From Negaprion brevirostris (taxonomy: Eukaryota), in the NCBI GenBank assembly GCA_030324005.1, contig JARDVH010000025.1:69489696-69553412 (forward strand): 63,717 nt of DNA, given 5' to 3'. A program made the position numbers and the translations under genes. Below, one piece after another: positions 50,563 to 63,514 of the stretch. Under the pieces are notes generated by a model that was given only the letters and a program-made list of their open reading frames with translations, searched no databases and was not told the origin of the DNA. The number at the start of each line of letters is the position of its first letter. Position 1 is the stretch's first letter.

Positions 50563-53500
50563 ATGGCTGGACAGATGTTATTTTGCAGCTGTGGAATGTG
50601 GGAGACTTTGAACACTGAAGCAATCCAGGTCAAACACAACTGCAAAAAGTGTAAGCAGCGAGAGGAATTCTAGATCAGGATTATTGATCCAGAAGTCGAA
50701 CTATGCACAATGTTAGGGAGAAGGAAAAATACCTGAACACATTGTTGTGGGAGATGGTCACATCTCTTAAAATAGGGTCACCGATTTTGGGCAGAACTGA
50801 GGGAAAAGAAGTGTGACCATGAGTGAGGCAGTAAAGGGACCAAGTAGACAATTCTGCAAGATACTCAGACTTTGCAATTGTCAAACAGGGACAGCATGCT
50901 TGCTATCTGTGTGGATGAAAGTGAGGACAGTAAGGTGGATGAGCAGGCTCGTCACGGCATCAAGGTATAGGAAGCATTCAAGTGAGGAGCAAAAAAGAAT
51001 AGAAACATAGAAACTAGAAGTAGGAGTCAGCCATTCGACCCTTTGAGCTTGCTGATCATTGAATTCAATATCTTTATCCGCCCTCCCCTCAGTCAAGATC
51101 CCTTGATCCTGTTAATCCCTTGAGCTATATTTAATTTCTTCTTGAAATCACAGAACGTTTTGGCCTCAACTACTTTCTGTTGTAGTGAATTTCATACATT
51201 CACCACCCTCTGGGTGAAGAAATTCCTCCTCAGCTCAGTTCTAAAAGATTTACCCCTTATCCTCTAACTATGACCCTTAGTTCTAGACTCCCCCACCATT
51301 GGGAAAAGTCTTTCTGAATCTACCCTGTCTCACCCAGTTATAATTTTTTAAGTTTCTCTGAGATCCCCTCTCACACTTCTAAGCTCCAGTGAATATAATC
51401 CTAACCGATTTAGTCTCTCCTCATATGACAGACCTACCATCCCATGAATCAGCCTAGTAAGCCTTCACTCTACTCCCTCTATGGCAAGGACATTCTTCCT
51501 CGGAAAAACTGCACACAATACTCCAAGTATGGCCTCACAAATGCCCTATACAATTGCAGCAAAACATCCCTATCCTTTAGTATGTAATGAATGTAGTGCT
51601 GGTAACGGACAGTGTANNNNNNNNNNNNNNNNNNNNNNNNNNNNNNNNNNNNNNNNNNNNNNNNNNNNNNNNNNNNNNNNNNNNNNNNNNNNNNNNNNNN
51701 NNNNNNNNNNNNNNNNNNNNNNNNNNNNNNNNNNNNNNNNNNNNNNNNNNNNNNNNNNNNNNNNNNNNNAGGGCCAGTATGAGGAGCTTGCATCCTTAAT
51801 AATCTCTGGATTATTACCTGAGCTGCCTGCAAACTGACACAGGGAAAAAAAGATTAGGGGAGTTAATGGGTGGCTCAAAGCATGGTGCGGGAGAAGTGGT
51901 TTCCAGTTCTGGGTCACTTGCATCCGAACTGGGGAAAGTGGGGGTTATACCATTGGGGTAGCCTGACCTGAACTGAATTAGGATCACGTGACACACAACT
52001 AAGTAAGTAGAGATTAACAAATCAATGGGTAGAGTCCAAGCAAAAGAACAAAATAGTAATATGGGAAATGAGTGGCAGAGAATGGTAAGAAGGGACAGAG
52101 AGAAAAACCTAAAAAAACACATTAACAGTCAGGGCTAGTTTTACAAAGATTGAAAAAACGACAATACTGAAGGCTCTGTGTCTTAATTCACGTAGTGTCA
52201 ATAACCAAGTTACTGAATTGATAGCACTTACAGAAGCAAATAAATATGATCTGATAACCATTACAGAAGCTGCAGGATGACAAGGGACTACATTCTGAAT
52301 ATTGAGGGGAATATGATAGTCAAGAAGAACATGAAGCGAGACAAAAGTGAAGATATAGCACTCAATCAAATTGGGGCAATGGTTAGAGATTTCCTTAGTT
52401 CAGGAGATCATGATGTGGAATCAATTTGCTTGGAGGTGAGGAATAGCGTAGGAACAAAGTCACTAGTGGAAATGGTCTACAAACCTCCTAATAGTAACCC
52501 CAGTGTAGGACAAAGTATACAAGAAGAAATATTGGGGCTTATGATAAAGGGACAGCGATAATCATGTGTGATTTTTAATCTACATTAAAACTGGAAATAT
52601 TGGATTGGCGAGTTGTCCAGGTGAGGAGTTCTTTTTATGCTTTTGAGGCAATTCCTAAGAGCAACACATTCTGAAACTAACCAGCGAGCAGGCCGTATTA
52701 GACTTGATATTGTGTCATGTGACAGGATTATTTAGTGACCCGAGAGTAAAGGCACTCCTTGGTAGCAGCAATCACATTATGATTGAACTTTAAGAGATGA
52801 GAGTGGGGCCAAGACTATTTTAACTTAAATCAGGTCAACTATGTGGGTATAAAAGCTGAGCTAGCTGAAGTAAACGGATACCAGGCTAGTGTTTAGATCA
52901 ATAGAGAAGAAGCAGCAAACATTAAAGAGAATATTTTAGAATTCTCAAAATAAATATATTTCTACCATTAAAAAAATTTCTAACTGGAGGAAACACCATC
53001 TGAGGTTAAATAAAGAAGTTAGACTAAGTAAAGAAAAACTCAAGGAAAAGGTAGGCAGGTCAGATGATTGGTCAGAATAATCTATTCAGAAAAATGGCAG
53101 AGAAAAACTAAAAGGTTATTCAGGAGATTATAAGAGGAAGCGAGCTAGAAATGCAACAATGAATAGCAAGAGTTTCAACAGGTATTTAAAAAAGAAAATA
53201 ATAATTAAAGAAATGTTGGTCTTCTAGAGAGTAACAATGGGAAGTTAATAGTAGATAATAAGGAATTGGTGGTGAAACAAACAATATTTAGCTTCTGTCT
53301 TCACCATAGAAGATACAACAAACATTTTGTTTTTTTACAGTAATAGTTGTAAATCAGGAGGTGGAAGAGAAAGGGGAACTTAGTGAAATTATAATCATTA
53401 GAGGAGTGGTACTAAACAAACTAATGGAGCTGTGGTCTGACAGGTCTCTGAACCTAGATGAATTTCATCCTAAGGTCTTAAAAGAAGTGACTCATGAAGG

Positions 53501-53590
53501 TGTTGATGTATTGCTGTTTATTTTCCCAACTTCACTAGAGTCCGGAAAGGTTCCATCATACTAGAAACTCAAGAAGGAATGGAGGCAAAG
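50563..53590 (+). mobile_element. 5' half of a CR1 LINE: ORF1 (zinc finger plus esterase) and ORF2 APE/linker, 3'-truncated
   Basis: MAGQMLFCSCGMWE..HNCKKCKQ (50563-); VNGWLKAWCGRSGFQFWVT (~51861-51920, SGNH-esterase-like); APE LKALCLNSRSVNNQV..YDLITITE, VYKPPN; FHPKVLKEV..SLESGKVPSY. Confidence 0.82.
50998..51575 (-). mobile_element. CR1 3' portion inserted in the ORF1 of the 50563 element
   Basis: atagaaacatagaaactagaag tail; minus-strand DVLLQLYRAFVRPYLEYCVQF. Confidence 0.88.
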
Positions 53591-53596
53591 AATAAA

Positions 53597-54342
53597 GCAT
53601 TTGCTGCTTCTAATGCGGTCTACTCTACATCGGAGAGACCAATCAGAGACTAGGTGACCGCTTTGCCGAACACCTTAGGTCCGTCTGCAAGCGGGACCCA
53701 GACCTCCCTGTCACTTGTCATTTCAACACAACATCATGCTCTCCTGTCCACATGTCCACCCTTGGCCTTTTGCAATGTTCCAATGAAGCCCAACATAATC
53801 TAGAAGAATCTCATCTTCTGATTAGACACTGTACAGCCTTCCGGACTGAACTCTGAGTTCAAGAATTTCAGACCATGAACCCATCCATCTCCATTTATTT
53901 TTCATTTTATTTATCCATTTTTATTATTTTATATTCTTACTTTTATTTTTCCATCTCTAACATCTCACTTTCCATCTTGTTTCACCACCCCCCTCCCCTT
54001 CCACCTGGCCTACTGCTGCATTCCTGCACGCTATACATTGGTTCTGCCATTTACACATTCTGATCTCTTAATGGACACTCCCACACCACTACTACCTTTA
54101 CCATCACCATTTAAATTCCCTTTGTCTTTTTGTCTATGCCATTCCTATCAATTATAGCTCCCCTTCAGCCTTATGGTATATATCTTGTCTAATTTTCCTT
54201 GTCTTCAGGTCTAATGAAGGGTTGTCCTGACTCAAAACATTAGCTCTATTCTCTCTGTACAGATGCTGTCAGACCCACTGAGATTTTCCAGCACCTTCTG
54301 TTTTTGTTTCAGATTCCAGCACCTGCAATATTTAGCTTTTAT
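53597..54342 (+). mobile_element. Penelope-like element 3' end (GIY-YIG plus pLTR)
   Basis: ICCF*CGLLYIGETNQRLGDRFAEHLRSVCKRDPDLPVTCHFN...LQPSGLNSEF; 3' UTR with hammerhead relic CTAATGAagggttgtcctgactcAAAAcatTAgct (~54211-54245). Confidence 0.9.
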
Positions 54343-54854
54343 CATGATGTTGGAACACAAGTGTATTGGGATATTTCTCCTGTACTGAGTTTTTAGCCGT
54401 GGCACCACAGGGAGACATTGTGACAGTGGAGGCAGTCTTATCCCCACTACCTTAAAAAAAATCAGAAACATCTTCCAGCAGTTCTGCCAGCCCATTGGCA
54501 TGGGATACAAGTTCAGATTTGCTATTGTTCAATATTATTTTACATTGAATAGTCCCAATTCTTGACATTTTGACTGATTTGGGCCCATAAGTTCCTCATT
54601 GAACATATCATTTTTCCACACTTTAAGGAAAAGCATCACTCTTTCACCCTTCATTCTAGATGCTCAGGCCCAATAGCGACCAATGCTTTATCTTTCTGTT
54701 ATTATTTCCCTCTATGTGAGTGCATCTGAGCTGAAGCTGACATTAAAGGGTGAGGCAAGGATTCTGGACCTTGAGGAACTTAAATGTTCATCTGAGCATG
54801 TTGCCTCTTCCTTCCAGTTCCTCCCCTAGTTTTTTCAAAAACTTACATAGCATT

Positions 54855-55143
54855 TAGTTTAAGTTTATTCATTATTAGTCACAAATATGGCTTACATTAA
54901 CACTGCAACAAAGTTACTGTGAAATTCACCCCGTCGCCACACTCTGGCGCCTGTTCAGGTCAATGCACCTAAAGAGTACGTCTTTCAGACTGTGGGAGGA
55001 AACTGGAGCACCCGGAGAAAACCCACATAGACACAGGGAGAACANNNNNNNNNNNNNNNNNNNNNNNNNNNNNNNNNNNNNNNNNNNNNNNNNNNNNNNN
55101 NNNNNNNNNNNNNNNNNNNNNNNNNNNNNNACCGTGCCACCCC
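54855..55143 (-). mobile_element. V-SINE subfamily with an alternative 3' tail
   Basis: Same architecture as 9478-9765; partly gap. Confidence 0.82.
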
Positions 55144-55199
55144 AACAGCATTTTAGCAAAGAAGCAGACAATTAGCCACCTTGCTTTTGTGTCTCTGTA

Positions 55200-55690
55200 T
55201 TCCCATCTCCCTTAACAAGCCTATTCTTAAATGCATCAAATCTATCAGCTTCAACTTCTTCATTCAACTATACCATCATTGTCCATGCAGAAATTTTCCT
55301 AAGTTTGATCAACTGGTAGACTCACCCACAGGAGTGAGTCTACCCATGTGGCTCCTCCATATCCAGCCAAGGACTCCTTCAAATTTCTGTCAAAACTCTT
55401 CTTAGTCTTCACTTTTCCAGAGAAGAAAACTCTAGCCAGCTCCAACTTCCCAGAGTTTTGCACTTTCTCAATTCTGGTAATATTCCTTGACATCTTTTCT
55501 GAACTTTCCTCAGTGCTTCATTATATAAAAGACATGGTCCGACTAAGGTTTCAAACAACTTTAACATTACCTTGCAGCTTTTGAAACTCATTCTTCTAGA
55601 ATGAACATCAATTATTTGTTGTATTCATTATAACTTTGTCAACTATGTTGATGCTTTTATTGATTTACATATCTGTAACCCAGTTAACTT
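55200..55690 (-). mobile_element. Very old CR1 3' fragment
   Basis: Minus-strand SFKSCKVMLKLFETLVGPCL.Y..LRKVQKR resembles the CR1 ORF2 end. Confidence 0.55.
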
Positions 55691-56364
55691 TACTGTTCTA
55701 CTCTGCTTCGTCTCTTACCTTCCAAATGTGCAAACACTTAAATATCTCTTAAAAGGAGTAGCATCTGAATGCATGTGCCCTGTAATACTTTGACACCCCA
55801 CATAAAGCTGAAACAACGTGCTCCCTTCGCCAACCTCACCCTGGCATCTCACCTTCCCATCTTCTAACAGTCTCTTTGTTCTGCTAAGAGCTGCAAAGCT
55901 TCCTCTTTGTATGGACTTAAACATCCCCAAGATTAATGTTCCTTCTCCGGGAGGTTATTTGGTGGCATGTTAGCTTTCCTTTTATAAGAGAATTGTGTAA
56001 AAGAAACGCATACTTCCCATCACTCATCAGTCTGAATGACCTATCATTGTTAGTTGACATGCACAAACAGACTATATTTAAGCACTTTGCCTTTATGACT
56101 GGCAAAATTAATTGTGGCAGAAATATCAGCGTTCACAGTGATTTGGCATGAACGTGGTGCATTCATTGTTTCCAGAGGTTCACAGTGAATAGGATAGATT
56201 TTTTTTTAATCATTCAGGTAATAAAACTTGGAAGGCACGAGAGATATGGAGGTGAGCTGTATTTCTTTCACACCTTTAGAATGTGCATGAGGAACAGACG
56301 AATTTAGAAAATTGTCTGGTGAAGCCATTAATCCTTTTGCATTGTGAGGCAACTTTGGGTTTTT

Positions 56365-56718
56365 TTAAAGTTCATTTGTGTGCATTGCTGGTTAGCCAGC
56401 ATTTATTGCCCACCCCTAGTTGCCCTTGGAGGACAGTTGACAGTCAACTACATTGCTGCAGCTCTGGAGTCACATGTAAGCCAGACCAGGTAAGGATGGC
56501 AGATTTCTTTCCCCATAGGACTTTAGTGAACCAGATGGGTTTTTCCAACAATCAACAATGGTTTTATGGTCATCAGCAGATTCTTAATTTCACATTTTTG
56601 TTATTGAATTTAAATTCCACCATTTGTCATGGTGGGATTTGAATCTGGGTCCCCAGAACATTAGCTAAGTTTCTGGGTTAATAGTCTGGTGATAATACCA
56701 CTAGGCCATCGCCTCCCC
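56365..56718 (-). mobile_element. tRNA-derived SINE (second family), full length
   Basis: Minus strand begins ggggaggcgatggcctagtggtattatc...gggacccagattcaaatccc (A and B boxes) and ends ggcaataaatgctggc. Confidence 0.88.
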
Positions 56719-57405
56719 TAGTTGGTGAAGATTACACTCATTTAGGGAGATTTCCAATTTGGACATATGAGCAACCATGAGTTTGGTGTCTCCTCTGCTC
56801 TGCCAATGCCATCAGTGGCAGTTGTGATCTAACTTTCATGATAAGTGTCCTCTTAATATTGAATGGGTGAGCTGCCAGCTCTAATCAAGTTCCTTATCGA
56901 CACCTTTGCAATTGGGTAAGTAGGAAATCTGATGGGTGGTAATCAGTTTGCAGCAACATTTTTAAAGAGGAAAAGTAGAAAAGAGTTGAAGTTTACTGTG
57001 ACAAGGAATATACTTTCGATGCCTATTGGAGCATAGTGATTAAATATAAGAAGCCTTTAAGGCTCAGTGCTTAACCTGCTTCCATCTTTTCCTGACTGCG
57101 CTATGGATTTCTTTTCAAACATATTTGGAAATAGATGTCCCCCACTGTGTACCACTGATATTTTGTAGGCAGTTGAATAATTAGTGACAAAAGTCATCTT
57201 GAGGACATGCCTATACTGTTTGATGCAGATTTGTATTTATTGATGAAGTGCCGCCTGTTTTTGGGGTGAGCTCCGACTGTCTAAGTGAATCAATTCTCCG
57301 CATGATTATGTTTCTGCAACCACATTTTAAAAAATATAACAGGTGGTAATGAGTCAAAAATTGCTCTTGCTGTTTCTGCTCCCTTCCTGTTTCAAACCTG
57401 AACCT

Positions 57406-57748
57406 GGGTGCTATGGTGGCACAGTTATTAGCACTGCTGCCTCTCAGCATCATGGACGCGGATTCAATTCCAGCTTTGGGTGACTGTATGGAGTTTGCTC
57501 GTTCTCCCCGTGTCTGCATGGGTTTCCTCCGGGTGCTCTGGTTACTCCCCCACAGTCCAAAGATGTGCAGGTGAGGTGGATTGGCCATGCTAAATTGTCC
57601 CTTGGTGTCCCAAGATATGTAGGTTAGCAGGGTTAGCACAGTAAGTATGTAGGGTTACAGAAAAGGGGCTGGGTAGGATCACTGTCAGACAGTCAGTGCA
57701 GACTCGATGAGTCAAATGGCCTCCTTCTGCACAGTCGGGATTCTATGA
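57406..57748 (+). mobile_element. HE1-like V-SINE, full length
   Basis: tRNA head, V-domain and gactcgatg..aaatggcctccttctgcacag..ggattctatga tail. Confidence 0.92.
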
Positions 57749-58358
57749 TCAATTTGTGTGGCTTCCTGTGCTTAGTCCCCATCTCATCTCTTCTCCTTAT
57801 GTCTGCTGCAATGATATCCAAGTACCACTACATGTGGCAGTCTTTTTGCTGTTCCACCTCTCTCCACCAGCCTGATATTGCTCCCTCCTCATTCTGTTGT
57901 AACTTATCTCTAATCAGCTGCAGAATTTTGAATGCCATAGCACCACCAAATATTCTTCTCTCCAAGTGACAGTAAATCAATAGGTTAGCAATGGGGAGAA
58001 AAAGGTGAAAAATCCCCAACGAAATATCTACTGGAGCGCTGTTTGTCTCTCTTAAAATTAGCCCCAGGTAACTTAATTTGATATCATCAGCAAATATTAT
58101 ATTACAAAATGTACTGAGAACCCAATTATTTAACTGTGCAAATGACGAGTACTTGAACTTCGAACCCCAAGGAGATTCATCAGCAACTACCTCCCACAAA
58201 GATCTTTTCCTATTTATTACTACATTTCTTATTCTGATTTAAAAACTGCGATGATAGATTGTCCATGCAATAGAACAGAGTGCAAAGTTTCTATTGAGTG
58301 TACATGTGCCTCAACACAGTTATACTATGGTAATAAATGGAGAGCAAACATGATAAAT

Positions 58359-58378
58359 CAGCCACTAGAGGGTGCCCA
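58359..58378 (+). promoter_or_regulatory. Candidate CTCF site
   Basis: cagCCACTAGAGGGTGCCc closely fits the CTCF core CCASYAGRKGGCRS and lies in non-repetitive sequence; motif match only. Confidence 0.45.
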
Positions 58379-58834
58379 TGTATTTTACATTTTATTAGGG
58401 TCTTGCAAAGTTCTTCCCGAAGAGAAATCAAATGTACCTTCAGAATATCAATCTAAGTTTTACATCTTACATTCTCTGCAATGGTGGTGCACTATCCTTC
58501 CTCGGCCTCACTCACCTCTGCAAACTTAAACATGTTCCTTTTCATAATTCTTCAACTCTATTGGCTACCTGCATGGAACTACTGCTGCTTGCAGGTTCCA
58601 TTCATATCTATTCAATCACAGCCAATTGCTTCTCTTCTCAATATTATACTGAAGTTACCCTCCACCTGCTCCGAACCCCCAAAGGATCCCTGGCTACCCT
58701 GCCTTCTCCCACTACACCCCCACAACCTTCAAAACGGTGAGACAGGAAATGGGCACGCCTTCCGCTTGAATGTCATGAGGTGCAATGCATAAAAGCAAGT
58801 TTTAAGTGTGTGGCGGGCATATCTCATACACTTC

Positions 58835-58975
58835 ATCACACCTGCCCACTCACCCATGCCCACTCACACCTGCTCACTCCTCTATGCCTGCTCACACCTG
58901 CCATGCTCCAAACTGCTCACACCTGCCCATGCCCCCATACCTGCTCACACCTGCCCATGCTCCCATACCTGTTCA
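58835..58975 (+). repeat. Minisatellite of ctcacacctg/cccatgc units
   Basis: Repeated (g)ctcacacctgcccatgc and ccatacctg variants. Confidence 0.8.
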
Positions 58976-59539
58976 CTGTAGTGCTGACAACGCTAGGGTC
59001 TTGGGACAGGTGAGCATATGAAGGGAAAAGAATCAGTGTAATGGAAGAGTTCTTGCACGTGGTTTGCAAGAGTCCTGGCAAATACATTTGTCTCCCTTCT
59101 CATTAATGATTACGGGGACAGAGACCCAAGTGGTGGTGTCCGTCTGAAGGGACCTCCTCTGGAGTGGACNNNNNNNNNNGTGCATCAGACCTCTTTGAAG
59201 TGCAGATGTACTCTGAATACAAACATGCAATGGCTTTACAATCATAGTGTACCCATGCAACTACACGTGAAATCCAAACTTCTTAATCTTGTATTCTCTA
59301 CTACTCTGGTATGACCCTGATATCCACAGCAGGGGTGGAGTCCCAGATGGCGTCCAACCTCTGGAGACTGGGGCCTGTGAAACTTACTTCAGCTATCCTG
59401 CTGTGGGGCAACTGCTCCCCCTGTGGTCAGAGGATGAAGCTGTAGGGGAACAGTCAAGGGTGATTCTGAAGGGTTGAACATGCTCAGAGAGGCCAGATTA
59501 AGGGTCCCAGGAGTGTCCAACAGCCGCTCTTTTTCCCTT

Positions 59540-61115
59540 TGGGTGCCCAAGAGCCTCTATCTGACTCTTTGAGGGAAACGGGCACCAGGAGGGAGATCAA
59601 GGTGACCCATCCCCCTCTTGCGTAGCCACAGCAAAAGCTCATCCATGGCTAAGGCAATGGAATGTAGATCGGTGCGAATCTGTAACAGAAACTGGATGTT
59701 CTGCTGGACCAGGTTCTCCATGGCATCCAGCATCCTCCCCATGGAGTCCTTGATGCACATACATGTTGACACCACTTCATCAGCCAGCAGGTGGACAGAG
59801 ACACTCTACAGAGGACCTCTGACACATCTTCCTGATGCCGGCCCACCCTCAGTCTTCTCAGCATCTCGGGCCAAGCCAATCCCAGAGGCTCATCAGCCGA
59901 CTTGGATACTGCAGATAGCTCTTCCCCAGCGGTCCTCTGAATGCCAGTGAAATTGGCTGACCCTGATTCCTCCTGCTGTGGATGCGTTTCAGTGTGCTGA
60001 CCACCAGAATGTGAAACTCTTCCTGAACTAGATCTAGTACTCTAGGCCACCCAGGTGTGTATCTCTGCACTGGGGGGAGCAATGGCTGTGATACCACTAC
60101 AGGTGCACTTTCTTCCTCCTCCCCGATATCCTTGGTCCTCTGTGGGCTTGAGGATCCCTATCCAGCTTCCTCTACCCTTTTCCTCTTTTTGCTGCCACCT
60201 GTAAGTGGGAGAGGAGAGCATGAGNNNNNNNNNNNNNNNNNNNNNNNNNNNNNNNNNNNNNNNNNNNNNNNNNNNNNNNNNNNNNNNNNNNNNNNNNNNN
60301 NNNNNNNNNNNNNNNNNNNNNNNNNNNNNNNNNNNNNNNNNNNNNNNNNNNNNNNNNNNNNNNNNNNNNNNNNNNNNNNNNNNNNNNNNNNNNNNNNNNN
60401 NNNNNNNNNNNNNNNNNNNNNNNNNNNNNNNNNNNNNNNNNNNNNNNNNNNNNNNNTCACTCATCAACTTTTCCTGTGGGGAGTGAGAAAACGCGTTTGA
60501 AAACAATTGAGTTTCCGTATTTTTCCAGTCTTACAAATAACTCACTGGATTGTGTGTCATGTGATTGATGCACTGCAGGTTGAGCCAATGATAGAAGGAT
60601 GAGGCTCACAGAGGCATGTCATTAGTGGTGTTTGTTGATGCCCTCAATGCCAAAGCCCTTTTCCCTCTGCACCACATCCAGTCAGCATCTGAGCTTTCTG
60701 TGTGGAAGCATCCAGGACCCACAGTCGACTCTCCTCCACCTGCAACCTAGATGGATGGCATGAGGCATTACTTGGTCACATTGAGTAGTTCCTTTATAGA
60801 TGAGTCATAGGGGATGGTGCCCTTGCCAGTGAGACCCATGACCTCCCTACTATTCAGTGAGGTGAGTGTGAGCAGCTGAGGGTTCACTTACCCTGGCAGC
60901 GCAAGGTAGGTAGACCCTTAATTGTGGTCATTCATCCGTCTCTGGCATTGCAGGGCAGTTCTCCGGTGGAAGCTATGAGCACTGACCTCCCTGGAGGCTG
61001 CTGTGCCAGTCTGGCACCACAGCCTGCCCCTTCCATCCTTTGGGTAGAGGATGCCTCTCCTGGCCTCCACAGCACTGAGCGAGCCTTCCAGGGAATCTGG
61101 GGGCCAGAGCTCCCT
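59540..61115 (-). pseudogene. Decayed intron-containing Myb/SANT-like gene of a PIF/Harbinger transposon
   Basis: Minus strand gives APRF / DSLEGSLSAVEARRGILYPKDG...EVSAHSFHRRTALQCQRRMND (~61110-60925), then gctgccagg|gtaagt (~60891) and an acceptor ccccacag|GAAAAGTTG (~60473). Downstream are PSAEIHTWV and a coiled-coil-like SMGRMLDAMENLVQQ...DLHSIALAM. Confidence 0.6.
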
Positions 61116-62219
61116 GTCATCAGCAACCCATCTCCTCTTTCAAATGTGGCAAACTTAATGCCTGGGCACCTTTTATTTTCCCTGGTTGGGATTCAATGAC
61201 AAGGGCTTATCAGTTTACAATCACTTTGGTGAGAGCAGGGACAAAGTTTAGGAGATTTTTTTGTGTGCTGAGTGACATTGGAGCATGGAATGCTTTACTG
61301 AAGGGAATGGTTAAGACAGAAAGCAAAATGGGATAAATGTTCAAAGCTGAGGAAATTGCAGGGTGATAGAGAAAGAATGGACAATGGATTAATTTTAAAT
61401 TACTCTGCTTCTGTGGCTGTAAACATCCGGTTGTAAATCCATTGAACATTTTTAACCTAAAGTTGTTTTCCTCTCATGGCGGATTTCCCACCTGTGGAAC
61501 AATTGGATCCAAGGCCCCTAAGATAACATTTCAATCTATCTGATGTACCAACGTGTAGAAGCTGCAGCCAGTCTGGTTGTCATTATCACATTACTGACTG
61601 CGTTTTGAAAGTAGGTCAGTTCTCCAGTGGAAGGGCAGCACTATGACCCTCGATCTAGATTGCCCTTCACTAAAAATCTTCCCCCTCCCATTTTTACTGT
61701 TGTCCAACCTCGTTATGTGACATCCAAATCCCTATGTATCCTTAAATCTTTACTAATCCTTAAAATATCAATTATAAACAGCAAGGTTATTTAAAATGAA
61801 TTTGTTTCCATAACTGTCGCATTAAACAAATGCACAATACATTAATACATTCACCAATCCTCTTCCATCGTGATCTTGGATTTTCTCAGTGGATTTTATT
61901 GATATTCCAGGTGTTTCTATTAATAGTGTTCTTTTTTTAAAAAATAAGCCAATTTCTTTCTTTCTCTTTGTACAGCACCAAAAAAGGAAGGAAATCCTTA
62001 AGAAAAGAAGTTTGTGGACAGGTTCTTGTCTAATAGGACTTAAATTTTCTCAGCTCCTTATCTCCACAATGTGCATTCTTACTTCTATTTTCACACACTC
62101 TATTCAATGATTGGCCTTTCCATTCTGAGCACTGATCTTTTCACAATGGAAAATATGGCCATGTAGGTCAACATGACTGCAAAATATCCTGTCCAAATGA
62201 ATGGATCCATTGATTTAAT

Positions 62220-62332
62220 GGGTGGGATTTTACAAACTCACTCACCCCAAAACTGTAAAATCCTGCTTGAGGTCAATGGACCTTTCCATGGTCCACCCTC
62301 CACCTGCTCTGATTTCCGTGGTGGCCGAGACT
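62220..62332. mobile_element. MITE, same family as 40999
   Basis: gggtgggattttac...gaggtcaatggacctttccatggtcc; cut by a gap. Confidence 0.65.
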
Positions 62333-63385
62333 NNNNNNNNNNNNNNNNNNNNNNNNNNNNNNNNNNNNNNNNNNNNNNNNNNNNNNNNNNNNNNNNNNNN
62401 NNNNNNNNNNNTGTGGGTTCAAGTCCTGAGGGAGTTCTGGAGGTGCCATCTTTTGAATGGTACCTTAAATTAAGGGGCTTGAGGGAGAGAATGAAAAAGT
62501 TTAACACATGTAGAAATTCAGCCAGTAGCTTATCGAATGGCAGAGTGGGCTGTATCACCTACTTCTGTTCCTAATATCTTATGTTCTTGAATTAATGCCG
62601 TGGGCCCAAAGAACTAACTCTGAAGGTTTGGCCCACCATTAGACATTTCTGCTAAACGACGGTGATTTGTTACTCAAAATCTTGAATCACTAATGTTTAA
62701 GGTTGTCCATGTTATGAATTGAATTTTTGGCTTAATAGCAGCGTTCCTGGTTGTGATTCAAAAGATTATGGGTTCAGATCCTACCCCAGACAATCTGTGG
62801 TGATTGCAATATAATCTCAGAATACTAGGTTGGCATGCAGAGGAATTCTTGCATCCTGGAAAGTGGTCACTGGCACAGAAATAGTATTCCTACCTCTGAG
62901 TCAGAGGAATTGGGTTTAATCCCACACCAAACCAAGCAGAGAGATATTAAAAATGATATTCGTGTCTGACAGGTATAGATACCAGTCGTGCCTTGTCCCC
63001 TCACTGTAAAGTGTAGGTGAGGCTCTTTAGCCTTGATTTCAGCCCATCTAAGGGAAGGCACTCCAAAGATGAAAAATAATCTGTCAGCTAAACTACTCTA
63101 GCCAGTGAATGGCTCAGTGATCTCATATGTGAGACCTTAAATAGAATTTGCTCTAAGCAGAACAGAATTGATAAATAAATCCATCTTACAGGTGTTTTGT
63201 ACTAATAGCTGTCCCCATTTCAAAACTGGAAGCAGACAGGCATTGCTCTATCTGTTTAGAAATGGAATAAATCTGTGTATATCTAAATGCACTTATTATT
63301 GCATATGTCCATGCTAATATTTTAATGAATAATATTTTAATGAACTGCCCACTGCAGTTCTTTCCATTATCTCAGATTGAGACTT

Positions 63386-63514
63386 AGGAACGATTTTTTC
63401 TGTTCCGCCTGCCAAAGGAATCAGAGCAGGCAAGGAGCAGACCATGGAAAAGTCTGTTGACCTTGGACAGGAGTTTCTATTTTTAGGGCAAGTGTGAGCC
63501 AGAAAATCCAACCC
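63386..63514. mobile_element. MITE, same family, opposite orientation
   Basis: gaccatggaaaagtctgttgacct is the reverse complement of the 62270-62295 core; ends aaaatccaaccc. Confidence 0.65.
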
